From positions 40,321 to 104,320 of the forward strand of contig JACPGI010000004.1 of the NCBI GenBank assembly GCA_016182565.1: 64,000 nt of DNA, in the 5' to 3' direction. The position numbers were made by a program, and so were the translations under genes. How positions within the stretch are numbered: position 1 is the first letter of the stretch; every line of letters starts with the position of its first letter. This DNA is from a candidate division WWE3 bacterium (GTDB taxonomy: Bacteria; Patescibacteriota; WWE3; UBA101185; UBA10185). The notes under the pieces are model-generated. The model saw only the letters and a list, made by a program, of their open reading frames with translations, was not told the DNA's origin and searched no databases. Of the stretch, positions 56,027 through 64,000 are shown piece after piece.

Positions 56027-58459
56027 ATGGCACGATACAATCATGAAAAAATAGAAAGCACTTGGCAAGAGAAGTGGTTTAAAGATAATATCTACGAATC
56101 ACTGGACTTTTCCCCGAAGCCAAAAAAATACATTTTAGCCGAGCTTCCATACCCATCTGGTAAGTTTTTACACGTGGGGCACATGATGCGTTATACCGTT
56201 CCGGAGATTTACTCTAGATTTCTTCGTATGCAGGGTTATAACGTTCTTTTTCCTATGGGATGGGACTGTTTTGGATTACCAGCTGAAACTTATGCTCAAA
56301 AAGAAGGCATTACCCCGCAAGAAGCCATATCACAAGCTACAAAAGATTATAAAAAAGCAATGCAGGCCATGGGATATGCTATTGATTGGAATCGTGAAAT
56401 AAACACCTCAGACCCATCTTATTACAAATGGACTCAGTGGATGTTTAAAAAGCTTTGGGAAAAAGGCTATGCAGTACAAAGAGAGATGCCTGTTTGGTGG
56501 TGTAAAGAGCTAGGAGTGTTAGCTGACGAGGAAGTGCTTCCTTCTCATGACGGGAAAGGTAAAATCTCCGAACGAGGTAAATACCCTGTTGAGAAAAAGA
56601 TGTTTAAACAGTGGGTGTTGGATATTCCAAAAATGGCGGATAGGTTAATAGCTGACCTTGATAAAGTAAATTATGAGCAATCTGTAAAACAGGGGCAATT
56701 AAACTGGATTGGGCGAAAAGAAGGGGCACTTGTTGACTTTGAAATAAATGGGGAAAATTTTAGTGCGTTTACTACAAGGCCTGATACTTTATATGGCGTT
56801 TCATTTATTGCAATTGCACCAGAGCACCCTTTAGCCAATAAGTTAATTGAATTTTCTTTAAATAAAAAAGAGACACTAGATTACAAAGAAAAAGCAGCAA
56901 ACCTCTCTGATATGGAAAAACAAACCAAAGAAAAATCTGGTGTTAAACTGGAAGGAATTTATGCAAAGCATCCATTCCCTGATTTTTCACGGGAAATTCC
57001 AGTGTTTTTAGCAGACTATATTCTACTTGATTATGGAACAGGTGTTGTCATGGGGGTTCCGGCTCATGATGAGAGAGATAATGAGTTTGCTCTTAAATAC
57101 AGCTTAGAGATTATTCCAGTTGTTGAACCACTAGAAAAGGACTTGAAAACAAATTTGTATATAGAGGAAGGCGTGGCTATTAATTCAGGTAAATACAATG
57201 GCAGTTTTACTAAAGAATTTAAAAAACAGGTTGTTTTGGATCTAGAGGCCCTTGGTAAGGGTAGAAACGCAAAGATGTATAAGCTTCGCCCCCAAGTGTT
57301 TTCAAGACAAAGATATTGGGGAGAGCCGATTCCACTTATTTATACAAAAGATGGTCGAATCGAAGCGGTAAATGATAACCTTTTACCTATTACCTTACCT
57401 ATTATGCAAGACTTTTTGGCAGGAGAGGATGGTATTAGCCCCCTTGAAAAAAATACAAGGTGGAATACAACCGTAGATTCTAAAGGTAATGAGGCCAAAA
57501 GGGAGACCGATACTATGCCTACATGGGCAGGTTCTAATTGGTACTACATGCGTTATATCGATCCAAACAACGATATGGTTCCAGCCGATATGGAAAAACT
57601 TAAATATTGGATGCCAATTGATATGTATTTTGGTGATTCTGGCCATACTACAGCCCACCTTTTATATACCCGCTTTTGGTTTAAAGCTTTATTTGATGAG
57701 GGAGTTGTGCCTATTTCAGAGCCGGTAATGTATCGTATGAGTGGAGGTATGCTACTTGGTCCCGACGGATCAAAAATGTCTAAGTCCCGAGGCAATGTAA
57801 TAAACCCAAAGGATGTATTAGAAAGTTATGGTGCTGACGCAGTTCGAACTTACCTTGCATTTATTGGCCCATATGAAGACACTTATCCTTGGAATCCTAA
57901 TGGACTTATAGCTTGTGCCAGACTCGTGAAGTCAATCTATGAATCAAAAGATAAGATTAAAGTTCATTGCAAAACCACACATGAAACAAGCCAAAAATTA
58001 AATATTCTAGTTAAAAATGTTACAGATATGATGACAAAGCTTAAGATGAACACTTCAGTAAGCGAAATCATGAAGTTTAATAACCATCTAAAACAACTTA
58101 ATGAGATTTCGCTTGAAGATTTCAAGGTTTTTGTGAAAGTAATCTCCCCATTTATGCCCTTTGTAGCGGAAGAGTTATGGCAGGAAATTAATGGTTATAC
58201 AAAGTGGGATAAACAAAACAGTATTCATTTAAGTGCTTGGCCAACATACAACTTGGCACTGGCTACCAAAGAATTAATTGAACTTCCTGTTCAAATAAAT
58301 GGGAAATTACGTGGGACAATTACAATTTCAGATACTACAACTGAAGAAGAGGCAAAAAAACTTGCTCTTGAGCTTACAGGCGTAAAATCTATTTTAAATG
58401 GAAAAGAACCTAAAAAAATAATTTATCTTGCTGGTAGGGTTTTAAATATAGTTTTTTAA
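56027..58459 (+). CDS. leuS: leucine--tRNA ligase
   Basis: HIGH-type motif PYPSGKFLHVGH, CP1 editing domain, KMSKS; start moved to internal ATG (MARYNHEKIESTWQEKW). Confidence 0.9.
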   Translation: MARYNHEKIESTWQEKWFKDNIYESLDFSPKPKKYILAELPYPSGKFLHVGHMMRYTVPEIYSRFLRMQGYNVLFPMGWDCFGLPAETYAQKEGITPQEAISQATKDYKKAMQAMGYAIDWNREINTSDPSYYKWTQWMFKKLWEKGYAVQREMPVWWCKELGVLADEEVLPSHDGKGKISERGKYPVEKKMFKQWVLDIPKMADRLIADLDKVNYEQSVKQGQLNWIGRKEGALVDFEINGENFSAFTTRPDTLYGVSFIAIAPEHPLANKLIEFSLNKKETLDYKEKAANLSDMEKQTKEKSGVKLEGIYAKHPFPDFSREIPVFLADYILLDYGTGVVMGVPAHDERDNEFALKYSLEIIPVVEPLEKDLKTNLYIEEGVAINSGKYNGSFTKEFKKQVVLDLEALGKGRNAKMYKLRPQVFSRQRYWGEPIPLIYTKDGRIEAVNDNLLPITLPIMQDFLAGEDGISPLEKNTRWNTTVDSKGNEAKRETDTMPTWAGSNWYYMRYIDPNNDMVPADMEKLKYWMPIDMYFGDSGHTTAHLLYTRFWFKALFDEGVVPISEPVMYRMSGGMLLGPDGSKMSKSRGNVINPKDVLESYGADAVRTYLAFIGPYEDTYPWNPNGLIACARLVKSIYESKDKIKVHCKTTHETSQKLNILVKNVTDMMTKLKMNTSVSEIMKFNNHLKQLNEISLEDFKVFVKVISPFMPFVAEELWQEINGYTKWDKQNSIHLSAWPTYNLALATKELIELPVQINGKLRGTITISDTTTEEEAKKLALELTGVKSILNGKEPKKIIYLAGRVLNIVF

Positions 58460-59562
58460 ATTCCGAACGCTTTTGCCATTAGTCTAGAGAGAAGATCAGT
58501 GTTTTGTTTTATAGTAAGCCTACCCCGAATTAATAAATCCAAAATAAATCCTGTGATGCTTGCAACTACAAGGGTGAGAAGTTTTAATCTTGGGAAAAAC
58601 AAGAACACTATTAATAGAACTGTGTTGTAAGTAATAAACCGAGTTAAACCCTCTTTTGATTCATAAAAAGCCATCTTTATGGAATCTTTAATTCTAACGT
58701 GCTTTAGTCTTACGAAAGTAGTTAATTTTTCCTCTTCTATAAGGTCCGAGTAATGGAGTTTTGCCATAGCTATAAGTTTTATGATCATCCTAAGTATTTC
58801 AAGTGAGACTGTTGCAATAATAATAGAAACAGTAATTTTTGTGGCATCACTTAAGTTGATACCTCGATACATCAAATTATAGGTTCCGATTTGAGCTTTG
58901 AGCTCATGATTTAGGTTATCCGGTAGAAAAAATAACTTTGAACTATCCATGGTTAAAAAGAACATAAATAGCACTACTTCAAGCCCATCTGTAAAACCCC
59001 TGTGAAATCTGGTAATAAAATTTATGATCCACTCTCTTTTCCAAATCCCGCTTGTTTTTTTTGGTCTATTTAAGATACCAACAAAAACTACAAGTATAAT
59101 GGTTAATAGAATTGTGATAATAGTTACATCGTAAGTTTTCCCAATGTTTTTATAAAAAGTTAACAGAATAATATAAATAATAAATGCTAAAACGTACGCA
59201 AATATTGGAGCCGCAAAGACTAGGAATTCTCGTACAAGTGCTTTAAATTTTTCCCAGAGCCTTTTTAGAAATTCAATAGCATCAAGTACTGTCAATGAAC
59301 CCTCTAAAAATATGTCTAAAACCTCTCCAACTTCCTTTTTCATGCCCATGACAACAAGAACTCCAAGGGTCAAGAAGGTGATTACTCCTGCAAAAAGAGT
59401 AATCCAGATGACATTTAGAACTACTGCGATTGCTGTAGGAAAAAGGATACCAAAGGACACAAAAAGGCCCATTAGGATTATGAAATTTGCAAGTATTTTG
59501 TATGTACGCTTTTTGAGTGTTCCGTCCTCGTCATTGCGCCATCTTTCTAAGAATGTTGGCAT
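58456..59562 (-). CDS. polytopic membrane protein, possibly AI-2E (PerM/YtvI-like) transporter family
   Basis: ~8 TM helices, 368 aa, size/topology consistent with AI-2E; no decisive motif. Confidence 0.4.
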   Translation of the reverse strand: MPTFLERWRNDEDGTLKKRTYKILANFIILMGLFVSFGILFPTAIAVVLNVIWITLFAGVITFLTLGVLVVMGMKKEVGEVLDIFLEGSLTVLDAIEFLKRLWEKFKALVREFLVFAAPIFAYVLAFIIYIILLTFYKNIGKTYDVTIITILLTIILVVFVGILNRPKKTSGIWKREWIINFITRFHRGFTDGLEVVLFMFFLTMDSSKLFFLPDNLNHELKAQIGTYNLMYRGINLSDATKITVSIIIATVSLEILRMIIKLIAMAKLHYSDLIEEEKLTTFVRLKHVRIKDSIKMAFYESKEGLTRFITYNTVLLIVFLFFPRLKLLTLVVASITGFILDLLIRGRLTIKQNTDLLSRLMAKAFGI

Positions 59563-59610
59563 CGGTGTATTTTACCCCAAACTAAACCCAATTACAAACT
59601 ATAGGGTAGT

Positions 59611-60807
59611 TTATAAAGAGGGTAACCTTTCTAGTTTTAGAGAAAACTCTAGATTTTTTTCCTCGTCCCACCTGTAAACTTTTATTTCTATATTTTCCCC
59701 AACCTTTCTTTTATTCACTAAAGTAGCAAGGTTTTTCTCGCCAACCGCCTCACCTGCAAAATCTGTAATAATGTCACCAACCTTGATCCCTGCTTTACTT
59801 GCTGGAGAATCTTTTAAAACTTCACTAACATAAGCGCCAGATGGAACCTCATTTTTAAGTGCAGCTTTTTTTGAGATTGTTTGATATTTAATGCCGATGT
59901 ATGGTCTTTCAAATTGACCCGTTGAGTTAAAGTTTTCAAGCGAGTTTTTTAAAATATTTACAGGCAATGCAAAACCAATATTTTCAGCTCCCCTTGATAC
60001 AGCAACATTTATACCAATCACGTCCCCGTTCATATCAAGAAGTGGTCCCCCAGAATTGCCTGGGTTTATGGCAGCATCTGTTTGAATAACATTTTCTAGA
60101 TCTTCAGAAACCCCAAATCCGCTGTCAGCAGTAATTCCTCTAGCAAGACCTGAAATCACTCCGGTTGTAACTGTGTGTCTAAATTCTCCAAGCGCAGTGC
60201 CAATTGCTATAACCCTTTGGCCAACTCTTAGCTTATCTGAATCTCCAAGTTGAATTCCGGGTAAACTAAAATCTTTTACTTTTAGTATCGCAAAGTCATT
60301 TGCTGGATCTCGGTAGATCTCGATTACATCATATTCCTTGTCCTCACTATCTATTATTTTAAATTTAGCTGAAGCTTCAGCCACCACATGTTTGTTTGTG
60401 ACAACAAATCCCCCATCCACTACAAATCCCGAACCGATATCCTGCTTTATTTCTTGGAGTTCTTGGAGTTCTTTTTGACTATTTTGATCTTGGCTAAAGA
60501 AATTAAGTCCAAAAAAGTCATTTAAGAACGAAGGATTGGTGTTTGTTCTTTGAATAGTCCTTATCGCAACAGTTATAACTGATTTTGATGCTAGTTGAGA
60601 AATATCGGCGATGTCTTCATTTGTACCGTTTATTCTATTTAGTAGTTTAGTATCATTAGACTCCATTCTTTTATAGATATAATCAAGGGGTTTGATATAA
60701 AACAAGCGATCAGACAAAGCACCAAGTGCAAAAAATCCGAGAAGTAAAAAACAAAGTAAACTTGGTATTAGTACATATATAAATATTTTGTTTATTATGT
60801 TTCCCAT
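59611..60807 (-). CDS. HtrA/DegP-family serine protease with PDZ domain
   Basis: GNSGGPLLD catalytic Ser motif, His/Asp upstream, C-terminal PDZ (YIGIKYQTISKK...), N-terminal TM. Confidence 0.85.
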   Translation of the reverse strand: MGNIINKIFIYVLIPSLLCFLLLGFFALGALSDRLFYIKPLDYIYKRMESNDTKLLNRINGTNEDIADISQLASKSVITVAIRTIQRTNTNPSFLNDFFGLNFFSQDQNSQKELQELQEIKQDIGSGFVVDGGFVVTNKHVVAEASAKFKIIDSEDKEYDVIEIYRDPANDFAILKVKDFSLPGIQLGDSDKLRVGQRVIAIGTALGEFRHTVTTGVISGLARGITADSGFGVSEDLENVIQTDAAINPGNSGGPLLDMNGDVIGINVAVSRGAENIGFALPVNILKNSLENFNSTGQFERPYIGIKYQTISKKAALKNEVPSGAYVSEVLKDSPASKAGIKVGDIITDFAGEAVGEKNLATLVNKRKVGENIEIKVYRWDEEKNLEFSLKLERLPSL

Positions 60808-60866
60808 ATCTAAAATTATACAACCTTTTTTAACCTGAGTTTAATGTCTATAATAACTACACTGCC

Positions 60867-63410
60867 ATGAGTTTTTCAAAATACACACAATTATCTGTGC
60901 CGGATGTTCTAACTGATTTTTCAACTGCTATTGATACTGGGCTTACTCATACTGTTATAAAAAAACGCCAACTTGAGTATGGCTTAAACACAGTTAGTGG
61001 CAAAGAAACTACTTGGCTCCATATTTTAGGAAGACAATTTAGGTCAGCTTTTGTTTACCTTCTAATTTGTGCGTCACTTCTATCCTTTGGTCTTGGCGAG
61101 GCACTTGATGGATTTATGATTCTACTTTTTATTTCAATAAATACTGGGTTGGGATTTTATCAAGAATATGGGTCAGAAAAGACACTAAAGTTTCTCAAAA
61201 ATTATATGGTGTTAAGAGCTACAGTTATAAGAAATGGTAAGGAGGACGTAATTGATGCTAAGGAACTTGTACCCGGTGATGTAGTTGTACTAGAAACAGG
61301 TGACATAGTATCTGCTGATCTTAGAATCGTTCAAGAAAATAATTTATATGTAGATGAATCAACACTTACGGGCGAGTCAATTCAAATTAAGAAAATAGCT
61401 GAGGGGTTGAACGTGGAAGAGACCGAGCCATACAGAGCAAAAAATATTGTTTTTGCAGGTACCCATGTTGCAGAAGGTAAAGCATTTGGTGTTGTAATTG
61501 CTACAGGTAAAAATACCCAACTTGGGGAAATCACAAGACTTACTTTAGAAACTTCCGCACAAAGTGGTTTTGAAAAGCAAATCAACAAGTTTAGTAAATT
61601 TATATTGGTGATGACACTTGGGACTCTTGTTGCTGTGTTCTTGGCCCATCTTTTTATAGACGGCAATTTAAGCAATCTTCCAACACTTGCGCTTTTTGCG
61701 ATTGCTTTGGCTGTCGGTGTCATACCGGAGGCACTTCCCCTTGTCACAACCTTTTCTTTAACTCATGGCGCAAAGATTTTGGCCAAGAAAAAAGTAGTTG
61801 TAAAAAGACTTTCCGCAATAGAAGATCTTGGGGGAATCGATGTATTGTGTAGTGATAAGACCGGTACATTAACTCAAAATGTTTTAGAAGTAGCTAGTAT
61901 TAATGCTAGTTTTTCAGATGAGGCAGTTTTTTATGGACTTGTTGCCTCCGACTATTTAGGCAGTGATAAAACAGCAAATAATTCATTTGATCTTGCATTA
62001 CTCAAAAAAATTGCCCCACCCCAAAAAGATTCACTGACTAAACTTAAAAAGTTATTTGAGATTCCATTTAACCCAACCCGTAAAAGAAACTCGGTGTTAA
62101 TTGCAGAAGGTAATACAAAAACCTTGGTTGTAAGGGGCGCACAAGAAAGTGTTCTGCCATTTATTAAAAAGTCAAAAATTGCAGAAGAAACTGACTTTGA
62201 TAAAAAACTTATTACTTGGATTTTATCTGAGGGTCACAAAGGTAGAAGAGTTCTAGCAATTGCCAAAAAAACTGTTCAATTTGAGAAATATACAATTAAG
62301 GATGAAGAATCTGATCTTACTCTCATTGGTCTTATTTCCTTTGAAGATCCAATAAAACCAACTACAAAAGAGGCCGTCAAAAAAGCAGAGGCACTTGGAG
62401 TACATATGAAAATTATTACTGGGGATAGCGCTGAAGTGTCAGGAGCTGTTGCCTATTCAGTTGGTATCATCAACTCACCATCCAAAGTTTTAACCGGATA
62501 TCAGTTTGACCATATGTCCGCACGTGAACAGGCGAAAGCTGTAAAGGAATTTGATGTATTTGCAAGGCTATCCCCAGAACAAAAATACAAAATTATAAGT
62601 CAACTCCAAAAGGATTACAGTGTTGGGTATTTAGGTGAGGGTATAAATGACGCCCCAGCTTTAAAAATTTCTGATGTGGCAATTGTTGTAGATGATGCAT
62701 CCGATGTTGCAAGGGAGGCTGCTGATATTGTTCTTCTCGAGCAGGATCTAAAAGTAATCGTTGGTGGTATTGAAGAGGGACGCAAAACATTTGCAAACAC
62801 AACAAAATATATTAAGTCAACGCTAGCATCAAACTTTGGTAATTTTTATGCAGTTGCTTTCGCATCCCTACTTATAGATTATCTACCTATGCTTCCAATC
62901 CAGATTTTACTCGTAAACCTTCTTTCTGATTTTCCAATGATTGCAATTGCAACTGATAATGTAGACCTGGAGGATGTAGCAAGACCACATTCCTATGACA
63001 TTAGAGAAATTACACTTATTGCTCTCCTTCTTGGTATGGTAAGCACTTTGTTTGACTTTATTGTTTTTGGGTTATTCTATAAACAAGGGGCGCAGGTACT
63101 ACAAACCAATTGGTTTATAGCAAGTATTTTGACCGAACTTATTCTTATCTTTTCTATACGCACCAAAAGATTTTTCTTACACCCGTCATCTATGCCGTCA
63201 AAGATAATGGTATCCCTTACTTTTGTTGCTGGTATTGTCACCATCCTGTTACCAATGACTAGCATGGGCCAAAACATTTTTAAGTTTATAAATCCCGGAC
63301 TTTCGAATGTGTTTTTTCTACTTGGAATTGTAATTATGTATATATTTTGTAGTGAAGGAGTAAAGTTATATTATTATAAAATAAGTCGTAGTTTAATCTC
63401 TACCAAATGA
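60867..63410 (+). CDS. cation-transporting P-type ATPase (MgtA/Ca2+-ATPase-like)
   Basis: DKTGTLTQN phosphorylation site, TGES, ITGDS, GEGINDAPALK (GDGxNDxP), 10 TM topology, N-terminal cation-ATPase domain. Confidence 0.85.
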   Translation: MSFSKYTQLSVPDVLTDFSTAIDTGLTHTVIKKRQLEYGLNTVSGKETTWLHILGRQFRSAFVYLLICASLLSFGLGEALDGFMILLFISINTGLGFYQEYGSEKTLKFLKNYMVLRATVIRNGKEDVIDAKELVPGDVVVLETGDIVSADLRIVQENNLYVDESTLTGESIQIKKIAEGLNVEETEPYRAKNIVFAGTHVAEGKAFGVVIATGKNTQLGEITRLTLETSAQSGFEKQINKFSKFILVMTLGTLVAVFLAHLFIDGNLSNLPTLALFAIALAVGVIPEALPLVTTFSLTHGAKILAKKKVVVKRLSAIEDLGGIDVLCSDKTGTLTQNVLEVASINASFSDEAVFYGLVASDYLGSDKTANNSFDLALLKKIAPPQKDSLTKLKKLFEIPFNPTRKRNSVLIAEGNTKTLVVRGAQESVLPFIKKSKIAEETDFDKKLITWILSEGHKGRRVLAIAKKTVQFEKYTIKDEESDLTLIGLISFEDPIKPTTKEAVKKAEALGVHMKIITGDSAEVSGAVAYSVGIINSPSKVLTGYQFDHMSAREQAKAVKEFDVFARLSPEQKYKIISQLQKDYSVGYLGEGINDAPALKISDVAIVVDDASDVAREAADIVLLEQDLKVIVGGIEEGRKTFANTTKYIKSTLASNFGNFYAVAFASLLIDYLPMLPIQILLVNLLSDFPMIAIATDNVDLEDVARPHSYDIREITLIALLLGMVSTLFDFIVFGLFYKQGAQVLQTNWFIASILTELILIFSIRTKRFFLHPSSMPSKIMVSLTFVAGIVTILLPMTSMGQNIFKFINPGLSNVFFLLGIVIMYIFCSEGVKLYYYKISRSLISTK

Positions 63411-64000
63411 TTTATGGCTTAGAGATTAACGCAAGGGGTAAAAATAACTTGTCTTTAAATAAGATGCTTGAAAAACCGTACTTAAAAAAACTAGAAAAGG
63501 TTGATGACTTTCAGGTTTATGAGGTCGATGGAAGATTTATTCGTGATAACATAAACAGAGAATTTACTAATTTTGGACAGCACTTTAGATTTCCATTTAT
63601 CCCAAAATATGAGTTTTGGATAGACAAAGAATATGATCCCGGTGAAGAGAGATTTTTTGTAGTTCATCTTTTGCGTGAGTGGCATCTTATGTCACTTGGC
63701 TCATCTTATGATGATGCTATTGGTAAAGCGGATTATATAGAAAAGAAAGAGCGAGCTAAATCTAACCTATTCAAAAAAGCTAAAACTGAAAAGGTGGAAA
63801 AACATCAAATTCCAAAGGAGATTTATGTCAAAAAACTCCTTGAGTACTCAAAAGGAATTGATGTTTGGGTAGTAAATGGAGAAGTTGTAAGAGATGTTTA
63901 TTTTATTGATTTTACCGAAGGTGGACATCATTTTATATATTCATGGGTGCCTCGAAATGAGGTTTGGATAGATGACGATTTGTCTGATGCAGAAAGGCCG
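63407..64000 (+). CDS. 3'-partial hypothetical protein with internal tandem duplication; runs off window end
   Basis: ATG overlaps the ATPase TGA (ATGA). 198 codons open to the window end. Two related ~45-aa segments (VYEVDGRFIRD...FWIDKE / VWVVNGEVVRD...VWIDDD). Confidence 0.5.
   Translation, partial: MIYGLEINARGKNNLSLNKMLEKPYLKKLEKVDDFQVYEVDGRFIRDNINREFTNFGQHFRFPFIPKYEFWIDKEYDPGEERFFVVHLLREWHLMSLGSSYDDAIGKADYIEKKERAKSNLFKKAKTEKVEKHQIPKEIYVKKLLEYSKGIDVWVVNGEVVRDVYFIDFTEGGHHFIYSWVPRNEVWIDDDLSDAERP

Noticed and set aside
63491-63685. Minus-strand ORF 63491..63685
   Set aside because: Antisense to the longer + strand ORF that is translationally coupled to the ATPase
1-64000. CRISPR arrays, IS elements/transposases, integrases, rRNA genes
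   Set aside because: No short direct-repeat/spacer arrays, no DDE/HUH/tyrosine-recombinase motifs and no rRNA-like conserved blocks were seen; only mobile-element-like signal is the HNH remnant

Overview
AT-rich (~35% GC), gene-dense bacterial chromosome segment that looks like a reduced-genome Patescibacteria/CPR-type organism. Supporting this: trigger factor, PheT and ThrRS are shortened, several tRNA genes encode their CCA, and there are many small secreted or membrane hypotheticals. The backbone is housekeeping: rsmD, recG, tyrS, a class A PBP, the thrS-infC-rpmI-rplT-pheST cluster, truB, tig-clpP, tgt, trxB, leuS, htrA, a P-type ATPase, and six tRNAs (Val-GAC, Leu-TAG, Pro-TGG, Leu-TAA, Arg-TCT, Gly-TCC). 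Accessory content worth attention: (1) an ~0.8 kb GC-rich ORF-less tract with a strong +strand terminator and a long-range helix, possibly an unannotated structured RNA or a decayed foreign gene; (2) several short 46-52% GC genes, each with a strong SD, scattered through the 35% GC background; (3) a ferredoxin + ferric-reductase-like di-heme membrane domain + FAD/NAD(P) reductase three-gene module, a split NOX-like transmembrane electron-transfer system; (4) a frameshifted HNH endonuclease gene wedged between tRNA-Leu and tRNA-Arg; (5) an XRE-HTH fused to a HAD phosphatase; (6) a secreted 6-7-blade FG-GAP propeller protein built from ~204-bp tandem DNA repeats, next to a DsbA/CcdA pair; (7) secreted cell-wall enzymes: two tandem GH73-like hydrolases, two C39-like cysteine peptidase paralogs and an L,D-transpeptidase. 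Two gene disruptions sit in A5/A6 homopolymer runs, so homopolymer sequencing error must be ruled out before biological interpretation. No CRISPR array, transposase or rRNA was seen. Family assignments are from motif recognition only; no searches were run.
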